Below are positions 35,876 to 45,721 of a stretch of DNA of 64,000 nt, piece after piece; the first letter of the stretch is position 1, and every line of letters starts with the position of its first letter. Position numbers and translations under genes: made by a program. The stretch lies in the NCBI GenBank assembly GCA_902800355.1, contig CADCEE010000005.1:12465-76464 (forward strand), written 5' to 3'. The DNA is from an uncultured Erysipelotrichaceae bacterium. Lineage in GTDB: Bacteria; Bacillota_I; Bacilli_A; RFN20; CAG-826. Under the pieces are notes generated by a model that saw nothing but the letters and a program-made list of their open reading frames with translations, did no database searches and was not told where the DNA came from.

Positions 35876-36418
35876 TTAGATTAATTGTTCTCCTGGTAGA
35901 GCTTGATCAGGAGCTTGCTTATTAATGTGGTCATAGAAGAAGACACCGTTTAGGTGGTCATATTCATGTTGAAGAACAATAGCATCATATCCAAAAGCGG
36001 TGATAACTATTTCTTCTCCTCTAATCGCTTCATAAGCTTTCATTTTAATTTTATAGTAGCGGTGGACTAATCCGTTATGCTCATTATCTACGCTTAAACA
36101 GCCTTCTCCTGCTTCTAAAGCACACTGTTTGACTGAAGTTTCTAACATCACTGGATTAACTAGTTGATATTCAACTGGTCCATTTTGAGTTTCATAATAA
36201 ATGACAAACATTCTTTTTAATAATCCAATTTGAATAGCGGCCATTCCTACCCCTGGTCGATAGTTATGTTTTTTAGCGTATTCTTCATCTTGAGATTTCT
36301 TTAGATAATCAAGCATTGTATCTAATGTATTTTTATCTTCCTTAGATAAAGGCATCTCTACTGGGAGAGATTTTTTTCTCATGATAGGATTAGAATCTTT
36401 GACTATTTTTAATTTCAT
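35876..36418 (-). CDS. def: Peptide deformylase
   Basis: GVGMAAIQIG, EGCLS and HEYDHLNG (HExxH) motifs. Confidence 0.8.
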   Translation of the reverse strand: MKLKIVKDSNPIMRKKSLPVEMPLSKEDKNTLDTMLDYLKKSQDEEYAKKHNYRPGVGMAAIQIGLLKRMFVIYYETQNGPVEYQLVNPVMLETSVKQCALEAGEGCLSVDNEHNGLVHRYYKIKMKAYEAIRGEEIVITAFGYDAIVLQHEYDHLNGVFFYDHINKQAPDQALPGEQLI

Positions 36419-36476
36419 ATTTTAAATATCTTATCTTATATCTTTTTGCAAAGCAAATAGGTATAATATTTTTGAT

Positions 36477-36827
36477 ATGAACGAAAGAATATTTGACCTC
36501 TCAACTAGACTAAATCAGTCTTTAGTGAATAACCCTAAAGTCAAGCAGTTAAATAAATTAGAAGAAGAATTAGATAATTCTTATGAAGTTTATTTATTAA
36601 GTCAAAAAAAGGATGAAGCTTTAGAGTTATATACAAAACTTAAAGAAGTTTATAAAGATGATAATGAAGAAGTTAAAGCTAGTCTAATTAAGCTAAAAGA
36701 GGCTAAAGAGAATTTATCTAATCACCCTTTAGTGAAATCTTATTTATCTATATATAATGAAGTTAGAGATTTATATATGGAAGTTGATGATATTTTATTT
36801 TCAGAATTTAAAGGAAGAAATTGCTAA
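36477..36827 (+). CDS. YlbF/YmcA-family (UPF0342) regulatory protein
   Basis: 116 aa all-helical protein with the family's N-terminal L..S..V.....L pattern; tentative. Confidence 0.4.
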   Translation: MNERIFDLSTRLNQSLVNNPKVKQLNKLEEELDNSYEVYLLSQKKDEALELYTKLKEVYKDDNEEVKASLIKLKEAKENLSNHPLVKSYLSIYNEVRDLYMEVDDILFSEFKGRNC

Positions 36828-37378
36828 TGGGGATGAGAGTAATAGGTGGAATATATCGTCACCGTAAATTAGTTTATCCCGAATCTAATCCTGATATTAG
36901 ACCGACTAAAGATCGAATTAGAGAAGCCTTCTTTTCTATTGTAGGTAATATTGAAAATAAAATGTTTTTAGATTTATATGCAGGTAGTGGCTCAATAGGA
37001 ATAGAAGCGATTTCTAGAGGAGCAAATAAATCTATTTTTGTGGATTTCTCTAAAGAGGCTTTGAAATATGTTAAAGAAAATATCTCTTCTTTAAAGTTAG
37101 AATCTAACTCTGAAATTTATAATTTAGAAGACTTAAAAGCCTTAGAGTTATTTAAAGAAAAAGGTTATAAGTTTGATGTCATCTATTTAGACCCACCTTA
37201 TGAAAAAGGAAAATATGAAAAAGTACTTAACTATATATTTTCTAATAATTTAATTAATAAAAATGGTTTAGTTGCGGTAGAGATTAATCGCGTCTTAAAT
37301 ATTGATCCTAGTTGGAATAAAAAAATAAAAGAGTATCATTATGGTGAGATTCGTTTATATACTTTTATAGAGGAATAA
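36821..37378 (+). CDS. rsmD: 16S rRNA (guanine966-N2)-methyltransferase
   Basis: DLYAGSGSIGIEAISRGA SAM motif and DPPY motif. Confidence 0.75.
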   Translation: MLMGMRVIGGIYRHRKLVYPESNPDIRPTKDRIREAFFSIVGNIENKMFLDLYAGSGSIGIEAISRGANKSIFVDFSKEALKYVKENISSLKLESNSEIYNLEDLKALELFKEKGYKFDVIYLDPPYEKGKYEKVLNYIFSNNLINKNGLVAVEINRVLNIDPSWNKKIKEYHYGEIRLYTFIEE

Positions 37379-37380
37379 AA

Positions 37381-37851
37381 ATGAAAATTGCTGTTTATCC
37401 TGGAAGCTTTGATCCAATCACTAATGGACATTTAGATATCTTAAATAGAGCATGCTCTTTATTTGATAAGGTTATTGTTTTAGTAGCGAATAATCCAAAT
37501 AAATCCTCCAATTTTTCTGCTTTAGAAAGAGTGGAGATGATTAAAGAAGCTACTAAAGGGAATAAGAAAGTTGAAGTTACTAGCGATAGCGGATTGACTG
37601 TAGAGTTTGCTAAAAAACATCAAGCCACTCACTTAATTAGAGGCTTGAGGGCAGTAAGTGATTTCGAATATGAATTCCAACTCGCTAGCGCTAACGAATA
37701 TATTGATCCAAAAATAGATACAGTATTCTTAATGGCTAGAGGGGACAAAACATTTATCTCTAGTAGTTCAATTATCACGATGGCAAAGCAAGGCATAGAC
37801 GTTTCTAAACTTGTCCCTGAAAGTGTATTAAAAAGATTAAATAACATTTGA
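37381..37851 (+). CDS. coaD: Phosphopantetheine adenylyltransferase
   Basis: GSFDPITNGHLDI (T/HxGH) motif; 156 aa. Confidence 0.8.
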   Translation: MKIAVYPGSFDPITNGHLDILNRACSLFDKVIVLVANNPNKSSNFSALERVEMIKEATKGNKKVEVTSDSGLTVEFAKKHQATHLIRGLRAVSDFEYEFQLASANEYIDPKIDTVFLMARGDKTFISSSSIITMAKQGIDVSKLVPESVLKRLNNI

Positions 37852-37860
37852 TAAATATTA

Positions 37861-37886
37861 AAAAAAAGACCGCAAGGTCTTTTTAT
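37861..37886. terminator. Bidirectional terminator
   Basis: A8-AGACC-GCAA-GGTCT-T5. Confidence 0.6.
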
Positions 37887-37902
37887 TAATTAATATAATT
37901 AA

Positions 37903-38736
37903 TTATTCAGGCATTTCTGGATCGAAGATACCTTCGTAATTCCATAAGTCTCTAACAACCATGCCTTTTGTAGCGGCGTTGATTGTATCATAGAAATCAA
38001 AGTCGATGTAATTATAAATTAATTGGGTAATGCCGTTACATCCATAATATCCTTGATCAAATTTTTCTAAATCAACCACCATAGTTAATGGAGTATCTAA
38101 CCCTTCGTCAGAAGTAGATGCAGCGTCTAATTTAGAAGATTTTGTCTTCATAGAAGAAACAACAGAAGATTTATTTTTGGTGTTGAGGTTTCTATATAAT
38201 GGATAATCTTCGTCATCACATTCTCCGTAATATTCAACTAATTCTTCGAATAATCCAGTGTGTTTGGCATAAATTGGTTTGGCTAAATATTCTTTACCAG
38301 CATCATCCATCTTATCAACTAAGATAGTGAACATTTTAAATCCTTGAACATAGCCGCTGTCGATGGCATTGACATAGCCTTCGTAAGCATCCTTACAATT
38401 GGTGCAGTCTTGTTTGACAAATGAAATGATGAATTTTGTAACTTTGAATTCATCTTTGATTTTTTTATGACTATCAGAGCCATAATTTTCTAAGTATCCT
38501 AACAATCTATCGGCTTGTCCGTTTTCTTCTAAAGAAAGGGCTTGAGCTTGGTACCATGAATATTCAGTGTTATCTTCTTTTGCAAATAAGTTTTCAAAAC
38601 CTCTTTTGATGTAAGGAATTGAGAAGATGATGGCGAAAATACCACCAACAATTAATAAAGGTTGGACCCATGCTGTACTAGCAATCCAGCGTCCTATTTT
38701 TGCAAAGAAATGTCCGATAGCTCTTAAGATTTTCAT
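37903..38736 (-). CDS. Membrane-anchored CxxC protein (possible thioredoxin-fold thiol:disulfide oxidoreductase)
   Basis: N-terminal TM anchor; FVKQDCTNCKDAY CxxC after a beta-strand-like segment. Confidence 0.35.
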   Translation of the reverse strand: MKILRAIGHFFAKIGRWIASTAWVQPLLIVGGIFAIIFSIPYIKRGFENLFAKEDNTEYSWYQAQALSLEENGQADRLLGYLENYGSDSHKKIKDEFKVTKFIISFVKQDCTNCKDAYEGYVNAIDSGYVQGFKMFTILVDKMDDAGKEYLAKPIYAKHTGLFEELVEYYGECDDEDYPLYRNLNTKNKSSVVSSMKTKSSKLDAASTSDEGLDTPLTMVVDLEKFDQGYYGCNGITQLIYNYIDFDFYDTINAATKGMVVRDLWNYEGIFDPEMPE

Positions 38737-38920
38737 GATAATTAGCCTCCTATATTTACATATAGCGAATAAATGATATCACTTTAGCCATTTATTTTCA
38801 ATAAAATAATATACTTTTTTGTTCTGAAGTTAATTTCTCTGAAATTAAAAATTATATTGTCACATGATTTTGTTTCTAGTTGATATTTAAAATGTGAATG
38901 TATAAAATACATGTTAGATT

Positions 38921-39938
38921 ATGAAAAAGTTCAGTAAATTTAAGCGTAAGTTTAACAATTACATGTACGATCATATTGGCTTACGTGAAGGATTAAATTT
39001 TTCTAAGGGCGCGCTTGTAGCCGCATTAACTGCGCTATTATATGCGTTTGGGTTTTATTGTTTTGTTGCTCCTTCTCCTCTAGTTGAAAATCATGCCACT
39101 ATATATGGATCTTCAATTACTACTGGTGGAGTTGGTGGAATATCTCAGGTTATCTGGATGATTTTTTCTTTATGTGGTGCTAACGTCAGCATTTCTACAA
39201 TGCAATCCATTTTCTATTTTGCATTGAATGTCCCTATTGTAATTTTTGCTTTCTTCAAAATTGGTAAAAAGTTTTCGATTTTAACATTACTAAATGTTGG
39301 ACTATCTTCATTATTTATTTGGGCATTTTCAAATGTCGAGTTTATGAATAAGGTTTCATATGCTTTAGACAACGAAGTAACTAGTTATCATAGCGCCCGC
39401 GTCCTATTCGCGGCCATTAGTATTGGGCTTGCTAGTAGTATTGCTTTCCGTAACGAAATCTCTTGTGGTGGCATTGATGTTATTTCCTATTATTTTGCTC
39501 TTAGAAAATCAACGAGTGTAGGTAAATATGCTACTGCGCTTAATTCGGTTATTTTATTAACGTATTAACACCCCAACTAGAGATGCAAATGTTGATATTG
39601 CATTTGTGAATTTGCTCTTCTCATTCTTGTATTTATTCTCTGTAATGCTTGTGGTCGATTTTGTGAACATCAGAAACAAGAAAGTGCAGATTCAAATTAT
39701 TACGTCTATTAAAGATATTTCCTCAGTTTTGATAGCGAATTTCCCGCATTCGACTACAACATTATCTGGCGTAGGTGGCTACTCTCACACCGAAAAAACT
39801 GTCGTCTACATGGTCGTCTCCTCTAACGAAGTAAAGCGAGTCATTGACCTTGTTAGAAAAGTTGATCAACACGCTTTCGTTACTGTCACATCTTTAATTC
39901 AAGCATACGGCAACTTCTTCATTAAACCAGTTGAATAA
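38921..39938 (+). pseudogene. YitT-family (DUF161 + DUF2179) membrane protein split into two frames (frameshift or sequencing error)
   Basis: ORF 38921-39568 carries the DUF161-type region (..CGGIDVISYY..); ORF 39606-39938 (GTG start) carries DUF2179 (VVYMVVSSNEVKRVIDLVRK..FVTVTSL). The second frame is open back to 39561, overlapping the end of the first. Confidence 0.45.
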
Positions 39939-39993
39939 GATTTCAAATTAGTAGTATAAAAAAATCACTGGGCGATTCCAGTGATTTTCTTTA

Positions 39994-41262
39994 TTAGATT
40001 TGGTCTAATTCTTCTCTGATTTTTTCTTGATCTAGATTTTGTCCGATGAACACTAATTTGATGAGCTTGTCACCGTATTTTTCATCCCAATCATGAGCAA
40101 AGTTTTTATCATTTTCGATAAGCATCTGTAATTGTTTTTGTGTTAATTGTTCGCTATACCAAATGCCTGATTCGTTTAAGGTTTGTTGATGACCGGCTTG
40201 TTCATAGACATAAGCTTTTTTAAGTTCTTCTTTGAAATAGAGAATGCCTTTAGATCTAATTAAGTGATGTTTATTTTCATTAGCCCATTTGACGAACTTT
40301 TCTTTTTCAAATGGTCTTCTACGATAATAGACCATAGTGTTCACATCATATTCATCAGCGGTACCTTCATCATCATTTTCCCCAATTCCATGTTCGTGAT
40401 GGTGATGATGGTGGTGATGATGTTCATGCTCTTCGTGATGATGTTCATGTTCATGCTCATCTTCGTCTTCATCATCGTCGTGATGGTGGTGATGTTCATG
40501 TTCTTCATCCGAATCAACTTCATTATCCCAGTCTTCAAATTCTCTAATCCATGCTGCAGAAGTAGAAGCTTCTTCAAAATTAAATAATTTTGTGTCTACT
40601 AATTCATCGATGTCAACATCGCAATAATCAGTTTCAATGATCTTAGCTTTAGGTTGAATAGCTTTAATGACCTTTTTAACTCTATCCAATTCTACTTTGG
40701 AAATCTCACTTACCTTATTTAATAAGATAACGTCACAGAACTCAATTTGTTGAATGACAAGGTTTTCGAGATTTTCTTCTCCTCTTTCGGTTTCTTGAAG
40801 TACTTCTCCACATCCAAATTCATCTCTTAATCTTAAAGCGTCAGTAACAGAAATAACCGCATCTAATTCATAGAATTTAGGAAGTTTTCTTTTCTTAAAT
40901 TCTTCTTCCATGTAAGCGATAGTTTGAGCGATTGGAACTGGTTCACAAATGCCGCTCGCCTCAATTAAGATGTGATCAAATTTTTGAGATTGTACTAAAT
41001 CTGCTAATTGCTCTATTAAATCTTTTTTTAATGTACAGCAGATACATCCGTTTTGAAGTGAGACTAAGTTATTGTCTTGTGAGGAGACAATTCCGTTTTT
41101 TTCAATGAGTTCGGCATCGATATTAACTTCACCTAAATCATTAACAATAACTGCCATCTTATGGTTCTTGGCGTTTTTTAAAATGTGATTGATCAAGGTG
41201 GTTTTGCCACTTCCAAGATAACCAGTTATTAAAGTAATAGGAACGGTTTTAATTGTTGACAT
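39994..41262 (-). CDS. COG0523-family GTPase (zinc metallochaperone, YciC/ZigA-like) with long His/Asp/Glu-rich insertion
   Basis: P-loop GYLGSGKTT, CICC (CxCC) motif, ~45-aa insert DEEHEHHHHHDDDEDEDEHEHEHHHEEHEHHHHHHHHHEHG. Confidence 0.75.
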   Translation of the reverse strand: MSTIKTVPITLITGYLGSGKTTLINHILKNAKNHKMAVIVNDLGEVNIDAELIEKNGIVSSQDNNLVSLQNGCICCTLKKDLIEQLADLVQSQKFDHILIEASGICEPVPIAQTIAYMEEEFKKRKLPKFYELDAVISVTDALRLRDEFGCGEVLQETERGEENLENLVIQQIEFCDVILLNKVSEISKVELDRVKKVIKAIQPKAKIIETDYCDVDIDELVDTKLFNFEEASTSAAWIREFEDWDNEVDSDEEHEHHHHHDDDEDEDEHEHEHHHEEHEHHHHHHHHHEHGIGENDDEGTADEYDVNTMVYYRRRPFEKEKFVKWANENKHHLIRSKGILYFKEELKKAYVYEQAGHQQTLNESGIWYSEQLTQKQLQMLIENDKNFAHDWDEKYGDKLIKLVFIGQNLDQEKIREELDQI

Positions 41263-41289
41263 ATATGACTCCTAATTAATTGTATTTAT

Positions 41290-41380
41290 TGGCGGAGAAG
41301 AAGGGATTTGAACCCTTGCAGGACTTGCATCCTCTAGCAGTTTTCGAAACTGCCCCCTTCAGCCGCTTGGGTACTTCTCC
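41290..41380 (-). tRNA. tRNA-Ser (anticodon CGA)
   Basis: Reverse complement GGAGAAGTACCCAAGCGGCTGAAGGGGGCAGTTTCGAAAACTGC...GGGTTCAAATCCCTTCTTCTCCGCCA. Confidence 0.8.
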
Positions 41381-41466
41381 AGCGAGTTCAATTATAACCA
41401 CTTATGAATAAAATTGCTATATCAATCAATTATGAATAGAAAAATTCATAACTACTCTCTATAATA

Positions 41467-43236
41467 ATGTATTGTATGAGACTTGGAGACTTTACTGATT
41501 ATCGATTTATCATCTTCTTTGTCACCTTATTAGTGTTAGGCATTTTATTAGTTGTCGTAATTTTGTATTACGCTTTCGGATCTCATAATGAAATAAAGTT
41601 CAAAAAACAAATTTCTTATGAAAGCACAACAACACGTATTTTTATTATCGATGTGAAAAAGAATAAATATGTCGTTTTTAATAAAAGCGACATCTCTCAC
41701 AAAAAGACTGCAGATTTATTCTCTTTTTATTCTTCTTTTCACCCAAATGACGTAGAGCGAGTAAAGAACTGGATCTTTGATATTTGTGTTAACCCTAATG
41801 ATGTTAATGAATATTTAGAGGCTGATGTTTTAATTAATAGAACTAATAAAGTCTGCTTCTCTTTATTAAGATTATTAGACTATAACCGTGAAGTGGGATT
41901 AATTCATTTAGAAAGTCACTTACTTAAATACATCACTCCACTTAATGAACCTAAAAAGAAGATTACTGGTAAAAAAGCTCCTACTGGAATAGTGAAACGT
42001 AGCCAAATCATGCAGATGATTAATAAAAATAAATCTTTAGCAGGGTTTACTTATTGCATTAGATTTTTCTACACCAAACAAAAAGTTATCTCTAATGATA
42101 AAGTTGAGCGTTACATGGTTATGAATTTAAAAAACGCTGTATATCCATTTGCCTCTAATCCTAGATTAACTAGACAAATGTTAGATAATGGAGATAATGA
42201 ACTCTTCTTATTTGATTTACATTTTTCAAATAAAGAACCAGCGATGCAGCTTGCTAATTCGATTGCCAAGGCTATTAGAAGAGAAATGGAAGTTAACGGC
42301 TTTGCGGGATTTATTAATTTCTCTATTGGTGTCGTGGAAAATGCAAACTTCTATCAAGATTATGACGCCATTGAAGAAAAAGCTAGAGAAGCTTGTATGG
42401 CAGGACAAACTAACTCTAAAGAGATTGTCTTACATCAACGTAATATTGAAGCTAATACAGAGATGGTTTTATATAACGAACAAATTGAACATATCCTTAA
42501 GGATAACGTCTTAAGATTCTTATACCGCCCAATTATCAACGCCAAAACGAGCCAAGTGATTGGATACTTTGAATATGTTAAAGCCTATGACTCACCATTT
42601 TCTAGTTATGCCGAAATGTCTAAATACGCAGCGCGTATTAATTTAAATACTGAATTGCTTGCCAAAGTGAGTAAGAATGTAGTCTCTAAATTCATCATGG
42701 AAAGACCAGAAGAATCAATGAGATTGTTCTTCACTATTTCTATGGTGGATGTTAATAGTGTTTATGACATTATCTCCCAAATCCCTAACTATGAAAAAGC
42801 GCATATTATTCTTGTTTTTGATGAACAAGAGATTAATGAGAACTCTACTAATATTGAATTATTAGTCCATACCCTTGAAGGACTTAAAGATAAAGGCTTT
42901 GAACTAGCATTATCCTTAAAAGATAAAAACTTATTACTTAACGATACTGTTTATTTCCAATTCCATTACTTCGTTGTTGGTAGTGCAATGATGGAAGAAG
43001 TGAAAGAGAATAACCGTATTCGATTATCTTTATATGCTTTAATTGAGTCGCTTCTTAAATATAGCCGACCAATTATCGCGACCGACTTAGAAGGATGGCA
43101 AGCTGTGGAATTAATTATTAAAAGCGGCATCAACTATATTTCTAGTGATGCTATATCTGCTTCTAATGATATGCTTCTTCCTATTGAGAAGAAGAAAATG
43201 GAGAAAGTTACCGCGATGGCGGATAAATATTTATAG
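41467..43236 (+). CDS. Membrane-anchored protein with C-terminal degenerate EAL-like domain (tentative)
   Basis: N-terminal TM. C-terminal region shows EAL-fold landmarks in degenerate form (LYRPIIN for YQPI, EYV for EAL, ATDLEGWQAVELIIKSGINYISSDAIS resembling the AEGVE...QGY segment). Confidence 0.3.
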   Translation: MYCMRLGDFTDYRFIIFFVTLLVLGILLVVVILYYAFGSHNEIKFKKQISYESTTTRIFIIDVKKNKYVVFNKSDISHKKTADLFSFYSSFHPNDVERVKNWIFDICVNPNDVNEYLEADVLINRTNKVCFSLLRLLDYNREVGLIHLESHLLKYITPLNEPKKKITGKKAPTGIVKRSQIMQMINKNKSLAGFTYCIRFFYTKQKVISNDKVERYMVMNLKNAVYPFASNPRLTRQMLDNGDNELFLFDLHFSNKEPAMQLANSIAKAIRREMEVNGFAGFINFSIGVVENANFYQDYDAIEEKAREACMAGQTNSKEIVLHQRNIEANTEMVLYNEQIEHILKDNVLRFLYRPIINAKTSQVIGYFEYVKAYDSPFSSYAEMSKYAARINLNTELLAKVSKNVVSKFIMERPEESMRLFFTISMVDVNSVYDIISQIPNYEKAHIILVFDEQEINENSTNIELLVHTLEGLKDKGFELALSLKDKNLLLNDTVYFQFHYFVVGSAMMEEVKENNRIRLSLYALIESLLKYSRPIIATDLEGWQAVELIIKSGINYISSDAISASNDMLLPIEKKKMEKVTAMADKYL

Positions 43237-43247
43237 GAGATTTTCTT

Positions 43248-44684
43248 ATGGAAAATAATCAAATTAAAAACCAATCAATCACCAGACAAGAAGACGATTT
43301 TGCGCAGTGGTACACTGACGTCTGTAAAAAAGCCGAATTAATGGATTACTCATCAGTTAAAGGTTTTATTATATATCGACCTTATGGCTATGCCATTTGG
43401 GAACAAATTCAAAAATATCTAGACGCTAGATTTAAAGAAACCGGGCATGAAAATGTTTATATGCCAATGGTCATTCCAGAATCTTTATTTAATAAAGAAA
43501 AAGAACACGTTGAAGGATTTGCTCCTGAATGTTTAGTGGCTACTCAAGGTGGAAAAGAATCATTAGAAGACAAATTGATTGTTAGACCAACTAGTGAAGT
43601 TTTGTTCTGCGATCATTACGCGAAGATCATTAAATCTTATAGAGATTTACCAAAACTATATAACCAGTGGTGTTCTGTTGTTAGATGGGAAAAGACTACT
43701 AGACCATTTTTAAGAGGAGCAGAGTTCTTATGGCAAGAAGGTCACACAATGCACGAAAGTGAAGTGGAAGCTAGAACCGAAACTCTTAAAATGCTTGAAG
43801 TTTATGATGATTTAGGAAGAGATATTTTAGCGATTCCATTTTCTAAAGGTAGAAAAACCGATAAAGAAAAATTCTCAGGAGCGTTAGAGACTTATTCAAT
43901 TGAAGCTTTAATGCCAGATGGCAAGGCCTTACAATGCGGCACAACACACTATTTTGGTAGTGGCTTTGCTAAAGCTTTTGGAATTCAATTCCAATCTAAA
44001 GAAGGTAAATTAGAAAATCCATATCAAACTTCTTGGGGTGTTTCTACTAGATTAATTGGCGCCACTATCATGGTGCACGGAGATGATAATGGTTTAGTTT
44101 TACCGCCTTACGTTGCTCCTATTCAAGTTGTTGTTATTCCTGTTGCCGCTAATAAACCAGGAGTTATTCCTGCTTGTAGAGAGGTTGCTTCTAGATTACT
44201 TAAAGCTGGCTATAGAGTGAAATTAGATGATTCTGATAAGACTCCAGGATGGAAATTTTCTGAATATGAAATGAAAGGTGTTCCACTAAGAGTGGAACTT
44301 GGTCCTAGAGACATTGAAAAAGGACAAGTCGTTATCGCTAAAAGAAATGATGGCTCTAAAGTATTTGTTTCTTTAGAAGAACTTGAAGACAAAGTTAAAG
44401 AACTCATCAAAACTATTCATCAAGAAATGTATGAAAAAGCTTATAAATATTTATTAGAACATACCACTGATGTTCATAACATGGATGAACTTAATAAAGC
44501 GTTAGACTTTGGTGGTTATAGCAAGATGATGTGGTGTGGTGACCGCGCTTGTGAAGATAAAATTAAAGAACTCACTAACGCAACTGCTAGATGCTTACCT
44601 TTTAATCAAATGGCTAACGGAGAGATTTGTCCGGTGTGCGGAAAGAAAGCTAGTAAAGTTGTCTTATTCGCTAAAGCTTATTAA
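43248..44684 (+). CDS. proS: Proline--tRNA ligase (archaeal/eukaryote-like type II form)
   Basis: FAQWYTDVCKKAEL, RPTSE, class II motifs, C-terminal Zn-binding CGDRAC...CPVCGKKA; 478 aa. Confidence 0.8.
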   Translation: MENNQIKNQSITRQEDDFAQWYTDVCKKAELMDYSSVKGFIIYRPYGYAIWEQIQKYLDARFKETGHENVYMPMVIPESLFNKEKEHVEGFAPECLVATQGGKESLEDKLIVRPTSEVLFCDHYAKIIKSYRDLPKLYNQWCSVVRWEKTTRPFLRGAEFLWQEGHTMHESEVEARTETLKMLEVYDDLGRDILAIPFSKGRKTDKEKFSGALETYSIEALMPDGKALQCGTTHYFGSGFAKAFGIQFQSKEGKLENPYQTSWGVSTRLIGATIMVHGDDNGLVLPPYVAPIQVVVIPVAANKPGVIPACREVASRLLKAGYRVKLDDSDKTPGWKFSEYEMKGVPLRVELGPRDIEKGQVVIAKRNDGSKVFVSLEELEDKVKELIKTIHQEMYEKAYKYLLEHTTDVHNMDELNKALDFGGYSKMMWCGDRACEDKIKELTNATARCLPFNQMANGEICPVCGKKASKVVLFAKAY

Positions 44685-44715
44685 AAAAACAAGGAACCTA
44701 TGGTTCCTTTTTTCT
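44684..44715. terminator. Bidirectional terminator after proS
   Basis: A7-CAAGGAACC-TAT-GGTTCCTT-T6. Confidence 0.6.
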
Positions 44716-45342
44716 TACCTTTTTATATAAAGCATATAACGCTATGGAGGAAGCTAAAGCTACTATATTTAGACCTATCAGCATTACAAAACCTATTCCT
44801 AATCCTAAACTTCCAAAAGCGTACCAATCCCAGCCTTCAATATTTCCATAATCATTAAAGGCGATTAAACAACTTATATAAATAATTCCATATGTTCCAG
44901 AAGGAATAGCGGAGAAAAAATTCCATTTAAATTTAAGTTCAACTTTAGGCTCTATAAATATAAACGTGATAATAGAAACAACCGGAATTATTAAGTGCAT
45001 ATATAAATTAGCGCCTAAAAACACCATATCTATACCCATAAGCGGGGCTAAATATCCTAACACTGTTAAAAAAGTTAACGTTAAACAAGTAGTGGACATT
45101 AATTTTAGAATTACAATCCAAGTTGGATATTTATCTTTTTTAAATAATAAATAAATTAAGGATATCAAAGCGCTTATCCCCATAAAGATATTGCTTTGCA
45201 CAGTGAAATACTTTAAGGCGTGTAATTTTGAGCCTTTGATAAAGCCATCACTTGTAGTGATCATTGCGTAAATAGAAATCAAAACTAAAACAACGATCAG
45301 AAAGTTAAAAAATAAATTTAGATATCTTTTTCTAGAATTCAT
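44698..45342 (-). CDS. Polytopic membrane protein (hypothetical)
   Basis: 214 aa, ~6 TM helices. Confidence 0.4.
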   Translation of the reverse strand: MNSRKRYLNLFFNFLIVVLVLISIYAMITTSDGFIKGSKLHALKYFTVQSNIFMGISALISLIYLLFKKDKYPTWIVILKLMSTTCLTLTFLTVLGYLAPLMGIDMVFLGANLYMHLIIPVVSIITFIFIEPKVELKFKWNFFSAIPSGTYGIIYISCLIAFNDYGNIEGWDWYAFGSLGLGIGFVMLIGLNIVALASSIALYALYKKVRKKEP

Positions 45343-45721
45343 CGCTTAATAATTTTATATCAATAACATCTTTAATCGATATAGATTTTCGATTATCAAA
45401 AATAATTAATTTATCAATTTGGTCAATGCGTTTGATATATCCTTTATAAATAAAGTAATTCTTTTTATTTGCTACATAATATTTTACTTCAATATAGTCG
45501 CCTTTATTTAAGTAGCGGAGAGTCTCTTCTAATTCTTGCTTTTTATCTTCTGCAAGTAATTTCTTATCTTCTTTTATTTCTTGAGAGGCAGATATTGCTT
45601 CTGCATAACCAACAAGCGCGGCAAAAGGAGCAAACTGGGCTGCTCGGTTTTCTGGACTCATCTGTGGGTGATTTTTACTTACATGATGAGGTAGATTAAT
45701 AATGTCATCATATTTACCCAT
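45332..45721 (-). CDS. YolD-like protein (UmuD functional analogue partner of Y-family polymerase)
   Basis: 129 aa, immediately downstream of and overlapping the Y-family polymerase gene (conserved yqjW/yqjX-type pairing); C-terminal YIEVKYY...IKGYIKRID motif region. Confidence 0.55.
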   Translation of the reverse strand: MGKYDDIINLPHHVSKNHPQMSPENRAAQFAPFAALVGYAEAISASQEIKEDKKLLAEDKKQELEETLRYLNKGDYIEVKYYVANKKNYFIYKGYIKRIDQIDKLIIFDNRKSISIKDVIDIKLLSDEF

